Program-made: the position numbers and the translations under genes | DNA from: Malacoraja senta | Taxonomy: Eukaryota | Reading direction: 5' to 3' | Assembly: GCA_038087875.1 (NCBI GenBank) | Contig: CM075988.1 | Location: 14,138,001 to 14,202,000, forward strand | DNA length: 64,000 bases | Shown here: positions 1 to 12,379 of the stretch, one piece after another | Layout: each line of letters opens with the position of its first letter | How positions within the stretch are numbered: the stretch's first letter is position 1 | Notes under the pieces: generated by a model | What the model was told of the DNA's origin: nothing | The model's input: only the letters and a program-made list of their open reading frames with translations | Databases searched by the model: none

Positions 1-805
1 CCAGGACAGAAAGGTCGGATTCGGAATGGGAGGGGGAGTCGAAATGCTGAGTCACCGGGTGATCAGGTTGGTTATTGCGAACCGAGCCAAGGTGTTGGGT
101 GAAGCGATCGCCAAGCCTACACTTGGTCTCACCGATGTTGAGCAGCTGACACCTAGAGCAGCGGATGCAATAGATGAGGTTGGAGGAGGTACAGGTGAAC
201 CTCTGCCGCACCTGGAAAGACTGCTTGGGTCCTTGAATGGAGTCAAGGGGGGAGGTAAAGCGACAAGTGTAGCATTTCCTGCAGTTGCAAGGGAAAGTGG
301 CAGGAGAAGGGGTGGTTTGGGTGGGAAGGGACGAATTGACCAGGGAGTTATGGAGGGAGCGGTCTCTGTGGAAAGCAGACAGGGGAGGAGATGGGAAGAT
401 GTGGCCAGTGGTGGGATCCCGTTGGAGGTGGCACAAATGTTGGAGGACTAATTGTTGTATGTGACGGCTGGAAGGGTGGAAGGTGAGGACAAGGGGGACT
501 CTGCCCTTGTTACAAGTGGGGGATGGGGAGTGAGAGCAGAGTTACGGGGTATAGAAGAGACCCTGGTGAGAGCCGCATCTATAGTAGAAGAGGGGAACCT
601 CCGTTCCCTGAAGAATGAGGACATCTCCGATGCCCTGGTGTGGAACACCTCATCCTGGGTGCAGATGCAGCGTAGACAGAGGAATTGGGAGTAGGGGATG
701 GAGTCCTTACAGGAAACAGGGTGGGAAGAAGTGTAGTCCAGATAGCCATGGGAGTCAGTGGGTTTATAGTGGATGTCAGTCAGTAGTCTATCACCTGCGA
801 TGGAT
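1..805 (-). mobile_element. Penelope-like retroelement fragment (RT C-terminus, linker, GIY-YIG endonuclease), frameshifted, runs off the window
   Basis: Minus-strand peptides TDIHYKPTDSHGYLDYTSSHP, FHTRASEMSSFFRERRFP and FTCTSSNLIYCIRCSRCQLLNIGET..LGDRFTQH. Confidence 0.88.
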
Positions 806-1619
806 TATGTTAAATATAACTTATTATTAACAAATGGAGGAAAAGGTGAAATTATAGAATTGTTCAAGGCAGAACAATGAACCAAAAGTTCCCAAGTCTG
901 ATTGTTAACCTGTGACTCCTGCTCCCAAGTGGATCTATTGAATTCCTCAACCTTTGAATAAAGAGTCAGCCTTGTGTCTGATGACTCACACGATGAACAG
1001 CTAGGATGACCAATTGACTGCCGCACTGTCAACTTGTACATCGCTTGATGTTGCCATAACAACATGAGTCAAAAAAATGCTCTCTCCATCCATATTCAAT
1101 TATTTTGAGCTATGCACCTTCCTGAGTGCAGTTAATCATCTTTTTGTGAGGTGTATATATGATTCCGTTTTGTGAGGTGAGGTTTGTACTTTTCTCTTAA
1201 CATCGCATTCAACAGTTAGACCTTTTATACACTTCACGTGTTTCTCACAGCTAATCTTTCTCCATAGAACAAACCCCTCATCCCTGGATTCATTCCAGTG
1301 AATCCACACTGCTCGTGTTCCATACTAAGTAATCTTTTATTAGGTATGAAGATCAAAACTTCATCTGTCACTTCACACGTGATCCTACAAAACCATTAGA
1401 TCATCTCAGCAATTCCTGCCTTGTTTTATATTCTAAGTCCCTTAGCATAATCATTTGTAGTCTAAATTGCTTTTATGGTCTAAGGAGTCTAATGTTTACT
1501 CTCTGCATATCACTTTCTCACCAAATCTTATATAATCAACTAATCTGGATAAGTTACACTCAATCAATTCATCTAAATTATTAATTTAATTTTGAATAAC
1601 TAATTGAGGGCTTGGTATG

Positions 1620-1752
1620 GTGGAAACAAGGACCTGCAGATTGTGGTTTACACAAAAGGATGCTAAGTGCTGGGGTAACTTATCGGGTCAGGCAGCATCG
1701 CTGGAGAACATGAATAGGTGACGTTTAGGGTCGGGACCCTTCTTCAGACTGA
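1620..1752 (-). mobile_element. Solo Penelope pseudo-LTR (pLTR) fragment
   Basis: ctgcaga..gtaact..gggtcaggcagcatc..gtgacgttt..acccttcttcagac, the terminal sequence attached to GIY-YIG coding DNA at 3362-3945 and 41970-42300. A similar copy lies at 2173-2295. Confidence 0.75.
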
Positions 1753-1929
1753 CCAGGCTTGTTACTGATGCTTGTGGCATCTCACAGGTTAGAATGGCGG
1801 GATACTGGGCAAATCCAGAGAGATTCCGAGGATATTATTATCACTGTACAACTAAGAAACTGCTTTAGAAAGTCACCCAGATTGGACCACCAGTGTCATG
1901 CGGCATCTTAAAATAAGACACGAGTTTAC

Positions 1930-2071
1930 CTCTTGAAGAAGACATTTTCCTCCTCCCAGAGCCAGGTGTAAGTTAAGTTTTCGGGACATGCTTCTGCCTG
2001 GCAGGTGAAGAAGGCATCTTGGGATATGTTCACTGTTATGTTTTCTGGAGGAGAGATGATAAAAGGTGGAC
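1930..2071 (-). CDS. IGSF9B: Internal coding exon (142 bp) of IGSF9B/Turtle homolog B, N-terminal half of the third Ig domain
   Basis: Minus strand tctctctcttgtcttctag|GT CCA CCT TTT...TTC AAG AG|gtaaac. Translates (G)PPFIISPPENITVNISQDAFFTCQAEACPENLTYTWLWEEENVFFK, matching remembered IGSF9B GPPFIVSPPENITVNISQDALLTCRAEAYPGNLTYTWYWQDENVYF. Its phase-1 start fits the end of the upstream exon. Confidence 0.93.
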
Positions 2072-2900
2072 CTAGAAGACAAGAGAGAGAATCGGCTAGT
2101 TCATCACTTCATACATACATAATCATACAGTTGTAACACACGCCGCCCAACAATTGTAACAACACGTTGTAACAAGGAATAGCAAATGCTGGTTTATACC
2201 GAAGGTAGATACAAAATGCTGGAGTAACAACTCAGCAGGCTAAGCAACATCTCTGGAGAAAAGGAATAGGTGACATTTCGGGTCGGAACCCTTCAATGTA
2301 ATTGAATTGAATGCTATTTATTGTCATTCAAACCTAGGCTTGAACGAAACAATAAAGCCATAAGTGACAGGATTTGCATGTTTAGTTGATAATTGTTACG
2401 TTCTATATTTGCAGACTGCAGCAATACTTTTGCAACTTTGCATCAGAGTAATAGATTGTCCTTGTGAGAGCAAGTTCAATTTACTTAAAGAAAACCGTGT
2501 CCTTACCTTGCCCTTTTAATGATTAGGGTTTGATCTCAGAACTGATAGGTGCAATTCATTACATGCTTTTCACTGGAGCAGCTCACAAATTACAAGATAG
2601 CAACTCTTCAAAATATACAGCAAAATCTATGAGACGGTTAGGCAGTTTAACATCTCCTTCGGACGGCTGCATATACCTCATCATCACAGCAGAGAATGAT
2701 TTGTCTCTCAGTGAATCTGAATTAGGGGCCCACTTTATTAAAGCAGACTCATTCTTAAAGGCAGGCTGTCACCATTTTGGACAGGGAATTTCAAACGCCC
2801 ATCGGTGGAGAAACTAAGAATCATTTTCACCCTGACCTTGTAATTTATCAGTGGTGCAAGGAATAGCCAGGAAGCTCTGAAGTATGAAGAAGTGTCCCAA

Positions 2901-3164
2901 CACTGGTATAGCTGCTGCATCACAGTGCCAGAGACCTTGGTTCGATCCTGACTATGGATGCTGTCTGTGTGGAGGTTGCACGTTCTCTCTGGGTGCTCCG
3001 GTTCCAAAGATGTCAAGGTTTGTAGGTTAATCAGCTTCTGTAAATTCACCCTAATGTCTAGGATGGGAAAGTGGGATAATATAGAACTAGTGTATAGATT
3101 AATCTTGGTCGGCATGGACTCGATGGGCCGAGTGGCCTATTTCCAAACTATATCCCTAAACTAA
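2901..3164 (+). mobile_element. HE1-type V-SINE, internally deleted
   Basis: tRNA-like B box ggttcgatcc, V-domain remnant, CR1-like tail gggccga..ggcctatttcc..taaactaa. Confidence 0.8.
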
Positions 3165-3361
3165 CACCGAAATGTTGCCTATCCATGCTTTGCAGAGATG
3201 CCGACTGACCCGCTGAGTTACTCCGGCACCTTTTGTCTTTTTGACTAACCAGCTCTTCAGTCCCTTGTATCTATAACTTTGAAGTATGGGTTTTATTTGG
3301 GTCCTGCTGGGCTTGATATTAATTGTGGGAAAAAACAATGAACAATGAGATTACTGTTAAA

Positions 3362-3945
3362 AAATAGACACAAAATGCTGGAGTAACTCAGTGGGACAGG
3401 CAGCATCTCTGGATAGAAGGAATGGGTGATGTTTCGGTTCGAGATCCTTCTTCAAATTGAGTCAAGGGAGAGGTAGATACAGAGATAAGAAAGCGTAAGG
3501 TGTGAAAATGAGACATCAAAGGGTGTTGCAGTTCAAGGAAAATGTGGAATAGATCATTGTTAGCTAGGAGAAGGTGACAACGAAGGATATAGAGAGGGCC
3601 AGTCAGACTGGTCAGAGATCTAGGAAGGGGAAGGGATGGAGAGAGAGGGAATGTAAGGGTTATTTGAAGTTAGAGAAGTCAATGTTCATACCTCCGGGGG
3701 TAAGCTGCCCAAGAGAAATATGAGGTGTTGTTCCTCCAATTTGCGCTGAGCCTCACTCTGACAGAGGAGGAGGCCTAGGACAGAAAGGTCAGTATGGGAA
3801 TGGGAGGGGGAGTTAAAGTGTTTAGCAACCGGGAGATCGGGTAGGTTTAGGCGGACTGAGAGGAGTTCAGCAAAACGATTGCCGAGCCTGCGCTTGGTCT
3901 CGCTGATATATAGGAGTCCACACCTGGAACAGCGGATACAGTAGT
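3362..3945 (-). mobile_element. Penelope-like 3' fragment: GIY-YIG C-terminus plus pLTR
   Basis: ORF 3686..3958 YCIRCSRCGLLYISETKRRLGNRFAE..PVAKHFNSPSHS..RKLEEQHLIFLLGSL, followed by the pLTR. Confidence 0.88.
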
Positions 3946-4888
3946 TAAAAATCCGCAAAACATATTGAACCCGAGGCTGGAAGCTTCAATAAGACATTCA
4001 AATTGTCGACCTTCGTTCTGAGACTCAGTTCACTGCCAACTCATTGTCCTTTCTCTGTAAAACTCCAAGGATACAAACACACACAAAAATATCGTCCTTG
4101 ACATGGATTTGAGATTTTTAAAGCTTTAACAATACGATTGATTTCTAGCCCATCATTTCTCACAGATAATATTAAGATCAACCACTCTGTACACAGGACT
4201 ATTGCTCACAGTCAACATTGTGGATAGTATTGACCTTGCTTGTGCTAAAAAAAGCCCATCTGGGCAATTAATATTTACCTGGCATTTTGTCCAAATTTCT
4301 GTAAATGTGTGAAATGTATTAAATCTGTTTTCTGACGTCCAAACTTGCTAAAGCTTATAAATAGCAAGCTTCACAAACCTCAACAAATTTATTCCCACTG
4401 ATAACTCAAAAGCATAAGCACCAACTAATTCATCCACCCACTCTCACTATTCACAATGAATCTGTTCTTCATTAAGTAGTGCAAAGGTTTATGACTTGTC
4501 ATAATTGGAGTTTCTAGCAACAGCGTTCGCAAGTGCATGTTGCAACCATCTCGGTGTATTCAATGAAGATGACACGATCTCCTGGCACATGGCAAGTTTC
4601 TTTCACTGCCAGGTCTCCCACAACAACATGTTCTATTTGTTGACATGTTGTCCATAGGATAAGAATCAGACAGCTCCATTAGAGAATACAATGAGTTGAT
4701 AACATTTCAGCAGGAACTGAAAGACTCTTGAAAGGCTGCTGAAGTCTATGGGTTTTCCATGACATTAACACTTGCAGATGTAAGCTATAATATGCATTTG
4801 CTATTGGTGTTCTTGGGCAGCCAGGTCCAGATGATTGTCCCTTGGTGAGATGCAAGAATCACAGGCGATTAATCAACTAATCAACACC

Positions 4889-5634
4889 GGGTGGCGCCGT
4901 CAGCGATGGCAGCCTTGCCAACAGTCTGTCTGTCTTTTTGTCAATTTTGTTATTTTTAGTGTGTGTTAAAAAGTATGTGTTAATGTTCTCTGGTTTGTTT
5001 TATGTGGGGGATGGGGGAGGGAGTCGGGAGGAACTTTTCTCAATCTCTAACCTTGCCGGAGGTGCGATTGTTTTCTGGATTGTATCTCCAGTCGCTCTGC
5101 GGCCTAACATCATGGAGCTGGCAGCCTTGCTCAAGACTGACTTTGAGCCCCACTTACCATCGTAGCCTGCGATCCCTTGTCTGGGATCGACGCTCTAACC
5201 GCGGCCTGCGGATTTCAACATCGAGGAGCTCGCAGTCTCGGGTAGAGACTGATGTCGGGAAGCTCCAAGCCTCCAAACTCCAAGGTTTGACCAGCACTGA
5301 CCCAGGGTCCAATCACCCAGCGTGGGGAGCTGAGATCCCCCCGATGCGGGAGCTTGATAGCTCCGATGCGGGGGGCTTAACCGCCGGCTGCGGGAGCCAA
5401 GATCACCCCGACAACGGAAGGTTCCAGTGCCCCGACCACGGGAGAACAAAGAAGGGAAGAAGATTGAACTCTTCCATCACTGTGAGGAATGTGGAGTCGC
5501 TGTGGTGGATGTTCATGTTAAAAAATTATTTGGGTGCCTTGTTGCTCTTTATTGGTATGACTGTATGGCAAATCAAATTTGTCATATGCTGCAAAACATA
5601 CTTGGCTAATAAATGACTATTATGATTATGATTA
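4889..5634 (+). mobile_element. Non-autonomous LINE-dependent retroposon with GC-rich core and (TGATTA)n tail
   Basis: Head gggtggcgccg, CpG-rich repetitive core, ttccatcactgtgaggaatgtggag box, aataaa plus tatgattatgatta tail; homologous to 20884-21620 and 47930-48265. Confidence 0.75.
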
Positions 5635-5904
5635 AATAACATACAAAGGGGTAGAGACTAGGACTACTCCTGATCATTCCTACTTGATTGCAACACGGTG
5701 CCAATGATTTCTTCTAACTCAACATGCTAAAGAAACTGCAAAGATGATGAACATCCAAAAATGTGTGAAGAAAATATATAACATTCATCCATCTTCAATT
5801 GGTCTTCAATGGCACCTTCAATTGGTCTAGAAATGCGCTGATGCCCAGAGAAGCACCTCAGTCTTAGTGTAGCCCACCACCAATGATTGTTGTGCATATC
5901 AATC

Positions 5905-6135
5905 TGTTTCTTCTTCCATTCTAAGGAAGTCTTTCGAGGTTGACTTGCTTCCACTCAAGTTTTGTGGCCTAGGTGGGAACAATAGATTATTTTGCAGATG
6001 GAGCAGGAGGCTGATGGGATGGGTGAAAGAGTTGATGCACCCCTTCCACCATTTACACAGGGTTTCTGTTTGCTCCTAGTACATGGTCTTGAGATTCTCG
6101 ATGAACGCCCCTTCTTCACTGCTAATGGTCAGTGA
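5905..6135 (-). mobile_element. RTE-clade LINE 3' end, degraded
   Basis: Reverse complement contains gagtggaagcaagtca, as in the RTE end at 16405-16785. Confidence 0.55.
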
Positions 6136-6879
6136 ATTGATGCCTGGGGTGGTAGTTTTGGGGTGTGAGGTGTTGGTGGAGGGAGGTCTGGAGATCACTC
6201 AACAGAGGGATAGGCGTCAGGAAAAGACAATGTTGAGAAGATGGCAATCTAACCAAGGGTTGGGGTTGGTATTGTGAACAGCCTGATTGAGAACAGATGG
6301 CTTAGTGTGACCTAGCAAATTTGGGACGGCCAGCACCTGTTTGGGATTCTCAGACAGAAACACCTTACATCACACGGCTGCTGTTGAAAACTAATGGAAT
6401 CACATGGATTAACTTATCACATGGATTAACAGTTGCATAGGGATTGATGTAGAAAATGGCTGATCTGTGCAAATGCCTGTCATGTCATTGAATGCCAGCT
6501 CATTTCCACTTGTAAATCATCATAATTGCACTCTACTCCAGAAAATATCCACTTAATTCCCGTAGCATGAAAAAGAAAGCACCGCATGATCGTACTTCAG
6601 ATATGCTTTTCATAATATCTAACAATACCTCTGCATCCTGGAATCAATGGACTGCAATTTAAATTGTTCAAATTAAGACTTGCAACTTGTTGAGAAATAG
6701 AGCAAGGTCACAGATGAAGTCTTTGTAATGCACTTACTGTGGACTGTTGACATGTGGATTAAATAGTCACAGATTGCTAAATGTGCACAAATATATAGCA
6801 TTTACCATCTGAACAACAGACCAGTTAGCCTGAGATCAATAATCAGGGAAATGCTGGAGACTTAACAAAGTCAGGGCAT

Positions 6880-7580
6880 GGCATTTAGAAAATAATGATA
6901 ATAATAATTGTAAGTATGGGCAGAATCAATATGTATTTATGAAAGAGAATAATGTTAAATGAATTTGTTTGAGTTTTTTAAGGTTGTAACTGGCAGAATA
7001 GTAAGTGAATGTGGTATATTTGGCCCTTCAGAAAGCTACTCACAAAAGGTTATAAAAGAACAATAGACCACATAAACCGTGTCTTCTTGAGTTTGAAACA
7101 ATGAGAGGTGATTTCACTGGAATGCACTGGAAGCAGTTCAGGGAGGTCTTACTAGAATAATATCTGGAATGGACAGGTTTGTCTCATAAGGAAAGATGAG
7201 TGAGATGACACTTGTTTCCACCGGAGAAGTAAAATAGAGCTTGATTGAAATATATGAGGGGTTATGACAGGTAAACTGTGAAGTGGAACATTTCTGTTAT
7301 GGAACAATTTAAATCAAGGGGCCACTATTAAAAAAATAATGAGGTGAAATATTAGGAAATAACGAGGTGAAATTATGTTCTCACAGTTGTGGCTATGCTC
7401 TCTTTATCAAAGGGTGGTGGACACAGATCCTTGGAATATTTTCAAGGCAGAGGTAGATCGATGCTCGCTAAGAAAAAGGTGAAAGGTTCCTGGGGATAGA
7501 TGCTGAGCTTATAATCAGATCAGCCATGATCTTTTTTAAAGCTTGAGGGGCTGAGTGACCTAATCCTCTTCCTAAATCAA
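6880..7580 (+). mobile_element. Degraded CR1 LINE fragments
   Basis: CR1 3' motifs: ttcaaggcagaggtagat, agatcagccatgatctt, ttgaggggctgagtgacct. Confidence 0.65.
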
Positions 7581-7996
7581 ATGCTGAGATGAAATGGTTA
7601 GAGTTCTTACTTAACCTGACAGTGTAGATGCAGCACCTGTTTCTCAAGAGGAGCCACCAACACAACACCATTGTTGACATTCCTAATGACCTTTGAAAGT
7701 TAATGCTTTTAAGTAAGTCCATTTGATTCAGTCAGTTGCAATTTTTTTTTAGAACAACAGATAACGCTGGAAATACTCTGCGGGCCAGACAGAATCTGTG
7801 GACAGTGAAACAGAGTCACGTTTCATGTTGAAGATCCTTTGTTAGAACAAGGAAAGTGAGAATGAACATCAGTTAAAATTGCAGACAGAAAGAGAAGGGA
7901 TGGGAAGGACAGGGGGAATATCACTCATAGGGGCAGTGTTACCCTGGTGATCCAATGTTATGGAGTTGTCCGGTTAATACATTAATGTGGGAAGTT

Positions 7997-8018
7997 AGAG
8001 AGAGAGAGAGAGAGAGAG
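7997..8018. repeat. (GA)n microsatellite
   Basis: Direct reading. Confidence 0.95.
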
Positions 8019-9199
8019 AAATAAAACAGGCAAAGGGACTCATGAAGTTGGCCAGACTTGTTGCTGAGACCTCATTTCAGGTTTCCAGCATCTCAGTTTG
8101 CTGATTGTTTTAAATGTCTGTTGAATTCACAGGCACTTCTCCAGAAATGCCAGTGTTAAGAAGCTCTAGGCCTCTCCCTGACCCAGAGGGTTCAGCAACA
8201 GCTGTTTTCTCACTTTCCTAGCTTGGTGATGAAGGATCTTTAACCTGGAAAATTTGACTCTTCGCTCTCCACAAGCGCTGCATGACCTGCTGAGTGTTTT
8301 CAATGTTTTCTGTTTTTTAATTCAGATTTTTCCACATCTGCTGCTTGCTAATTTGAGCAGCTTATCATATCTACTTTGGCCCAGGCAGTAATTAAAGCAG
8401 CTGTAGGACGTGCAACCAGGCATTTATCCCATCCTTTCTTAAACTAATTTAAATCAAATTGGTGCCATAATGTGGGTGGTTTTATATGTTGTTGACCAGC
8501 AAGCATCTGGAACCAATTTACATCCTAGATTCTACCTGAGGTCTTACTGCTGATGAAAGGAAAATGTCAATTCATCTGACGTGGAATTCTAGAGGTGAGA
8601 GGTACACAATTCCACCATCAAGCGGACGGCAGTTGTGCCTCATATAATGGGAATCATGGACTCTGAATTGAAGGGGTTATCTGCAGCAATGATTAGCTCA
8701 GCAGTACATGAAGAGAGACCTTTGCCATTTTAGTGCAAAGAGAATTATGAGGTAGGCTAATTGGCTTTAGCTGATTCAGCATTCTGCCAAGGAATTATTA
8801 TCACAGTTAACCCTGTCGACTGCAGGCTTCAATTTACTGCAGCACGCGTTCCAGGTCAATGGTGGTAGATGGTCTTTTCTCTTGAGAGATGAAAGCATCA
8901 ATGTCAGTATTCTCCAGACAGATGGGTTCCAATTTCCACAGACAACACACAACAGTGGAGTTGGCGGAACAGACCGCTGGAGGCCCTGAAACAGCCTGGA
9001 GCTCCATTAGATTGGGCGTCGCTCCAAGCGGGCGGAACGGACACAGGCTGCCGTGTCGCGGAACAGCGGTAGAAGACATCAACGCCTTCTTTGGCCAAGA
9101 TGATCACTGCAACACCAACTAAATGCTGCCCGCATGTCAACGGACCTTTATAGGCAAGTTAAGACTCTAGCATTTTTTTAAAGTTTGGACTTGAAGGAT

Positions 9200-9400
9200 A
9201 CAAAATGGTGCCAAAAACACAAACACAACATGGTGACTCTTATCTGTTAATTCAGAAAGGTCTACTGTCTTACACTCGTTTACATAGTATGATTGTGGCT
9301 AATGTATAGTAGGAATGTCACTGAATTTAATGCAAAAAAAGGAATTTCACTGTACCTTGGTACACGTGGCAGGAAAGTACCATTAAACCATTGAACCATT
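9200..9400 (+). mobile_element. Short non-autonomous Rex/L2-type retroposon
   Basis: Head aaaatggtgcc joined to the tail tttcactgtaccttggtacacgtg and ccatt(a/g)aa repeats. Confidence 0.55.
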
Positions 9401-9974
9401 AATCCCATTTTTGATTTCTATCACATTCCTACCAACACCTCCAGTTCCTGCCACTCGTCTATACAATGGGAGCAATTTGCAGTAAATTATTGACCAACCA
9501 ACCCGCTTGTCTTTGGGATGTCGGAGGAAACTTGAGCATCCGGAATCCCGTGTGGTTACTGGGAGAGATACAATCTCCAGACAGGACGGGAGGTCTGGAT
9601 TGAATCCAGATGGATGGAGCTGTGAGCTAGTGCATCGACAAACTGTGCCACTCTGCTGCCCGGGGAATGTCTATGGGGATGTCACAGAAATTCCTTTGGA
9701 ATGCTGGGGAAGTGGAGGGTGGTGGGACGGTATGGCTAACATTACATTGTAGTTCTCTATCTATTCTTTTCTTGCCTTATAGCACCAGGCCAATAATGAT
9801 TCTTAAGGGCCAAAGAAAATGACAGTCTCTCCTTCATCGTCACTGTACACCAACAACTTTGGAACAAATAAACCCAAATGCAAAACTCAAGATATGGTTA
9901 ACTTTAAATGATTGACAGTATGGTAAACACTAAAGATCCCTGTGATTGAGGGGGGCAGCTGGGTGACTGATTGT

Positions 9975-10450
9975 GCTGCACATTGGTGCAGCGGTAGAGT
10001 TGCTGCCTTGCACTACCAGAGACGTGAGTTCGATCCCGACTACGGGTGCTGTCTTTACAGAGTTTGTTCATTTCCCCCGTGGGATGCAAGCAGAAGCCTC
10101 CACGTGGCGCATCCCGGGCAATGCTAACGACAGGAACTATACCACAGTGACTGACTGAAGTAGCCAATTCTGCAACCACCAACCGTCAACCGTCACTGAC
10201 CGACCGGAAAACCGTGATATAGAAGATGGCCGGACACGAGGAAGAAGAATTCCCCCCATGACCGCATAGGTTTTATCCAGGTGCTCTGGTTTCCTCCCAC
10301 ATTCCAAAGATGAACAGGTTTGTAGGTTAATTGGCTTCGGTAAGAACTCTAAATTGTCGCTAGTATGTAGGATAGTGATAGTGTACAGGAATCACTAGTC
10401 GGTATGGACCCAATGGGCCGAAGGGCCTGTTACTGCACTGTATCTGTAAC
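9975..10450 (+). mobile_element. HE1 V-SINE interrupted by a 168-bp insertion (10082-10249)
   Basis: A box tggtgcagcgg, B box agttcgatcc, V-domain ggtttcctcccacattccaaaga, CR1-like tail. Confidence 0.85.
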
Positions 10451-12379
10451 TATAAATTTAATTACCTGTCCAAATATTTTACCCCTGCTGTATATAGTAC
10501 GTGCCTTTCATATATGCTCTGCAAATTTGAGGGTGACAACTGTGACAAGGTTTAAAAACGAAAATGAATCATTTCATGAGCCTGATTTTGGCCTTGATTT
10601 CTGGATAATAGGGAATTAACATTAAATATATTCTGTGCCTTGATTTTGAAATATGGGACAATTTCCTGCGATGCAGCCATGAGCAAATATTCAGGTTCTC
10701 TTTCTCGAGAAATAATAAAATGGATTACACTGGCCAGTCCTGTAATTATGTTTTTTTATTAAATCCTTGCAGGAACTGCTTGCAAATAAAACCACAAGGG
10801 GCAGGTGGCATCTCATCCAATATTATATTTATAACTCACTGACAATGTTGAAATGTGACAGCAGACGTGCTATTTCCAATATCATTTTTGTGAAGTCGTG
10901 TATATACAGTACTATGTTCCTGTAATGGATCTAAAATGCACAGAAGTTCCATTAGTTTCTGACCACACCTTCTGGTGTGAGGTGGGGTTAGCAATGAAAG
11001 CAATAGACAAACATTGTCGCTGGGTTTCCATCGATTCTGGGATTGCTTATGAGAAAATGCCGTCATGGAGAGGTAAGAATAATTCTTGATAAAGGAATGG
11101 AGAATCCTAATGTTGGGACTAAATAAAAACAGAAAATGCTGCAGATATTTGACAGTGCACACAGCATCCGTGGAGAGAGAGATCCTGTTAACGTTTCAGG
11201 TTGAAGTTAATGTTTCAGTTTCAGTTGCAGGTTTGTATGGATTTGTACCGTCTATAAAATCCAGGCAATTATTTTGGTTTACCATATCTTTCGAATGCAC
11301 TATGTTACATATTTCAAACATAATCTCTCCATAGTGATGTTATTACTAACTTCAGCTAAACCATATGGATGAATTTTAACACCCAAAATGGATGGGGTGG
11401 TGTCAGGAGAGATACTTAACGTGCAACACATGAACTAGCACCTTAACTGAGGCAGATAAGAGGAGGGATCATAACATTATAAGATCATAAGACATAGGAG
11501 CAGAATTAGGCCATTCGGCCCATTAAGTGTGCTCTGGCATTTGATCATGGCCGATTAATATTCCCTCCCAACTCCATTCTCTTGCCTTAAACACCTTATT
11601 AATCACAAATCTATCAACGTCTGCTTTAAAAATACCCGATGAGTTTGGCTCCCCAGCCATCTTTAGACTATAGACTAAAGTCTTTTCCCACTCATTCCAT
11701 AACCCGTTTTTGCTAATATCCAGGTTAATATTTATTTTAGTCTCCCAGCGATTCTGTGGAAGCATTTATGAAGAGGATGACTGAACTCATTTGCACTAAT
11801 GTTGCTGTAGATACAGAGGAACATTTGTAAAGATCTATGCAGACTACAGAGGCACATCCAGGCAAAATCCAGCCGCAATAATAATGTTATCGTGGGTGTT
11901 ACTACATTTGTACTGACATTGCGTAAGGCTCCTCAAACACAACAGCTTTCACAAATTTTATCTTAAACCATTTTATCAGTTTGTAGAACTTGAATAATTA
12001 ATGGCAACATGATGAAGTTTGTCCCTTGCAGTCATCCATATGTCAAACCTTCGCCCAAGCAAATTTGCTGCTGACCTGGACTTGAACTGCAAGTTCCAAC
12101 AGAAATGAAATGCACGGGTGTGACATGTGGCACAATTATGTCAGTATCTCTCAGTCCAACCTTCACTCATTATGGCTAAGTCATGTATGACCAGAAAATG
12201 CCTCAGCTTTCAAACGACTGCTATGCTGTATTTTTCATCCAGAAAGGTTAGTGAGGTTTTTCTCGACTTGTAAATTATTCCCTTGCATTAGCATTCACTC
12301 TCACCAACTATTATTTTCTTTTTAAAGCAAAGCAATGAATGTGGAAACATGACCTTTCAATAGAACTGTTACAATTACA

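Noticed and set aside
1873..2082. 69-aa ORF MSSRSTFYHL.. from the ORF track
   Set aside because: Wrong frame over the real IGSF9B exon; the splice-defined frame gives the Ig sequence. The same applies to ORF 30607..30834.
2495..2620. Minus-strand donor CAAG|GTAAGG as an extra IGSF9B exon
   Set aside because: There is an in-frame stop five codons upstream, no Ig-like sequence, and the two real exons already join in frame.
5002..5616. 204-aa ORF, and the 176-aa ORF at 21245..21775
   Set aside because: They lie in GC-rich non-autonomous repeats where stops are rare; frames are not kept between copies and no domain is recognisable.
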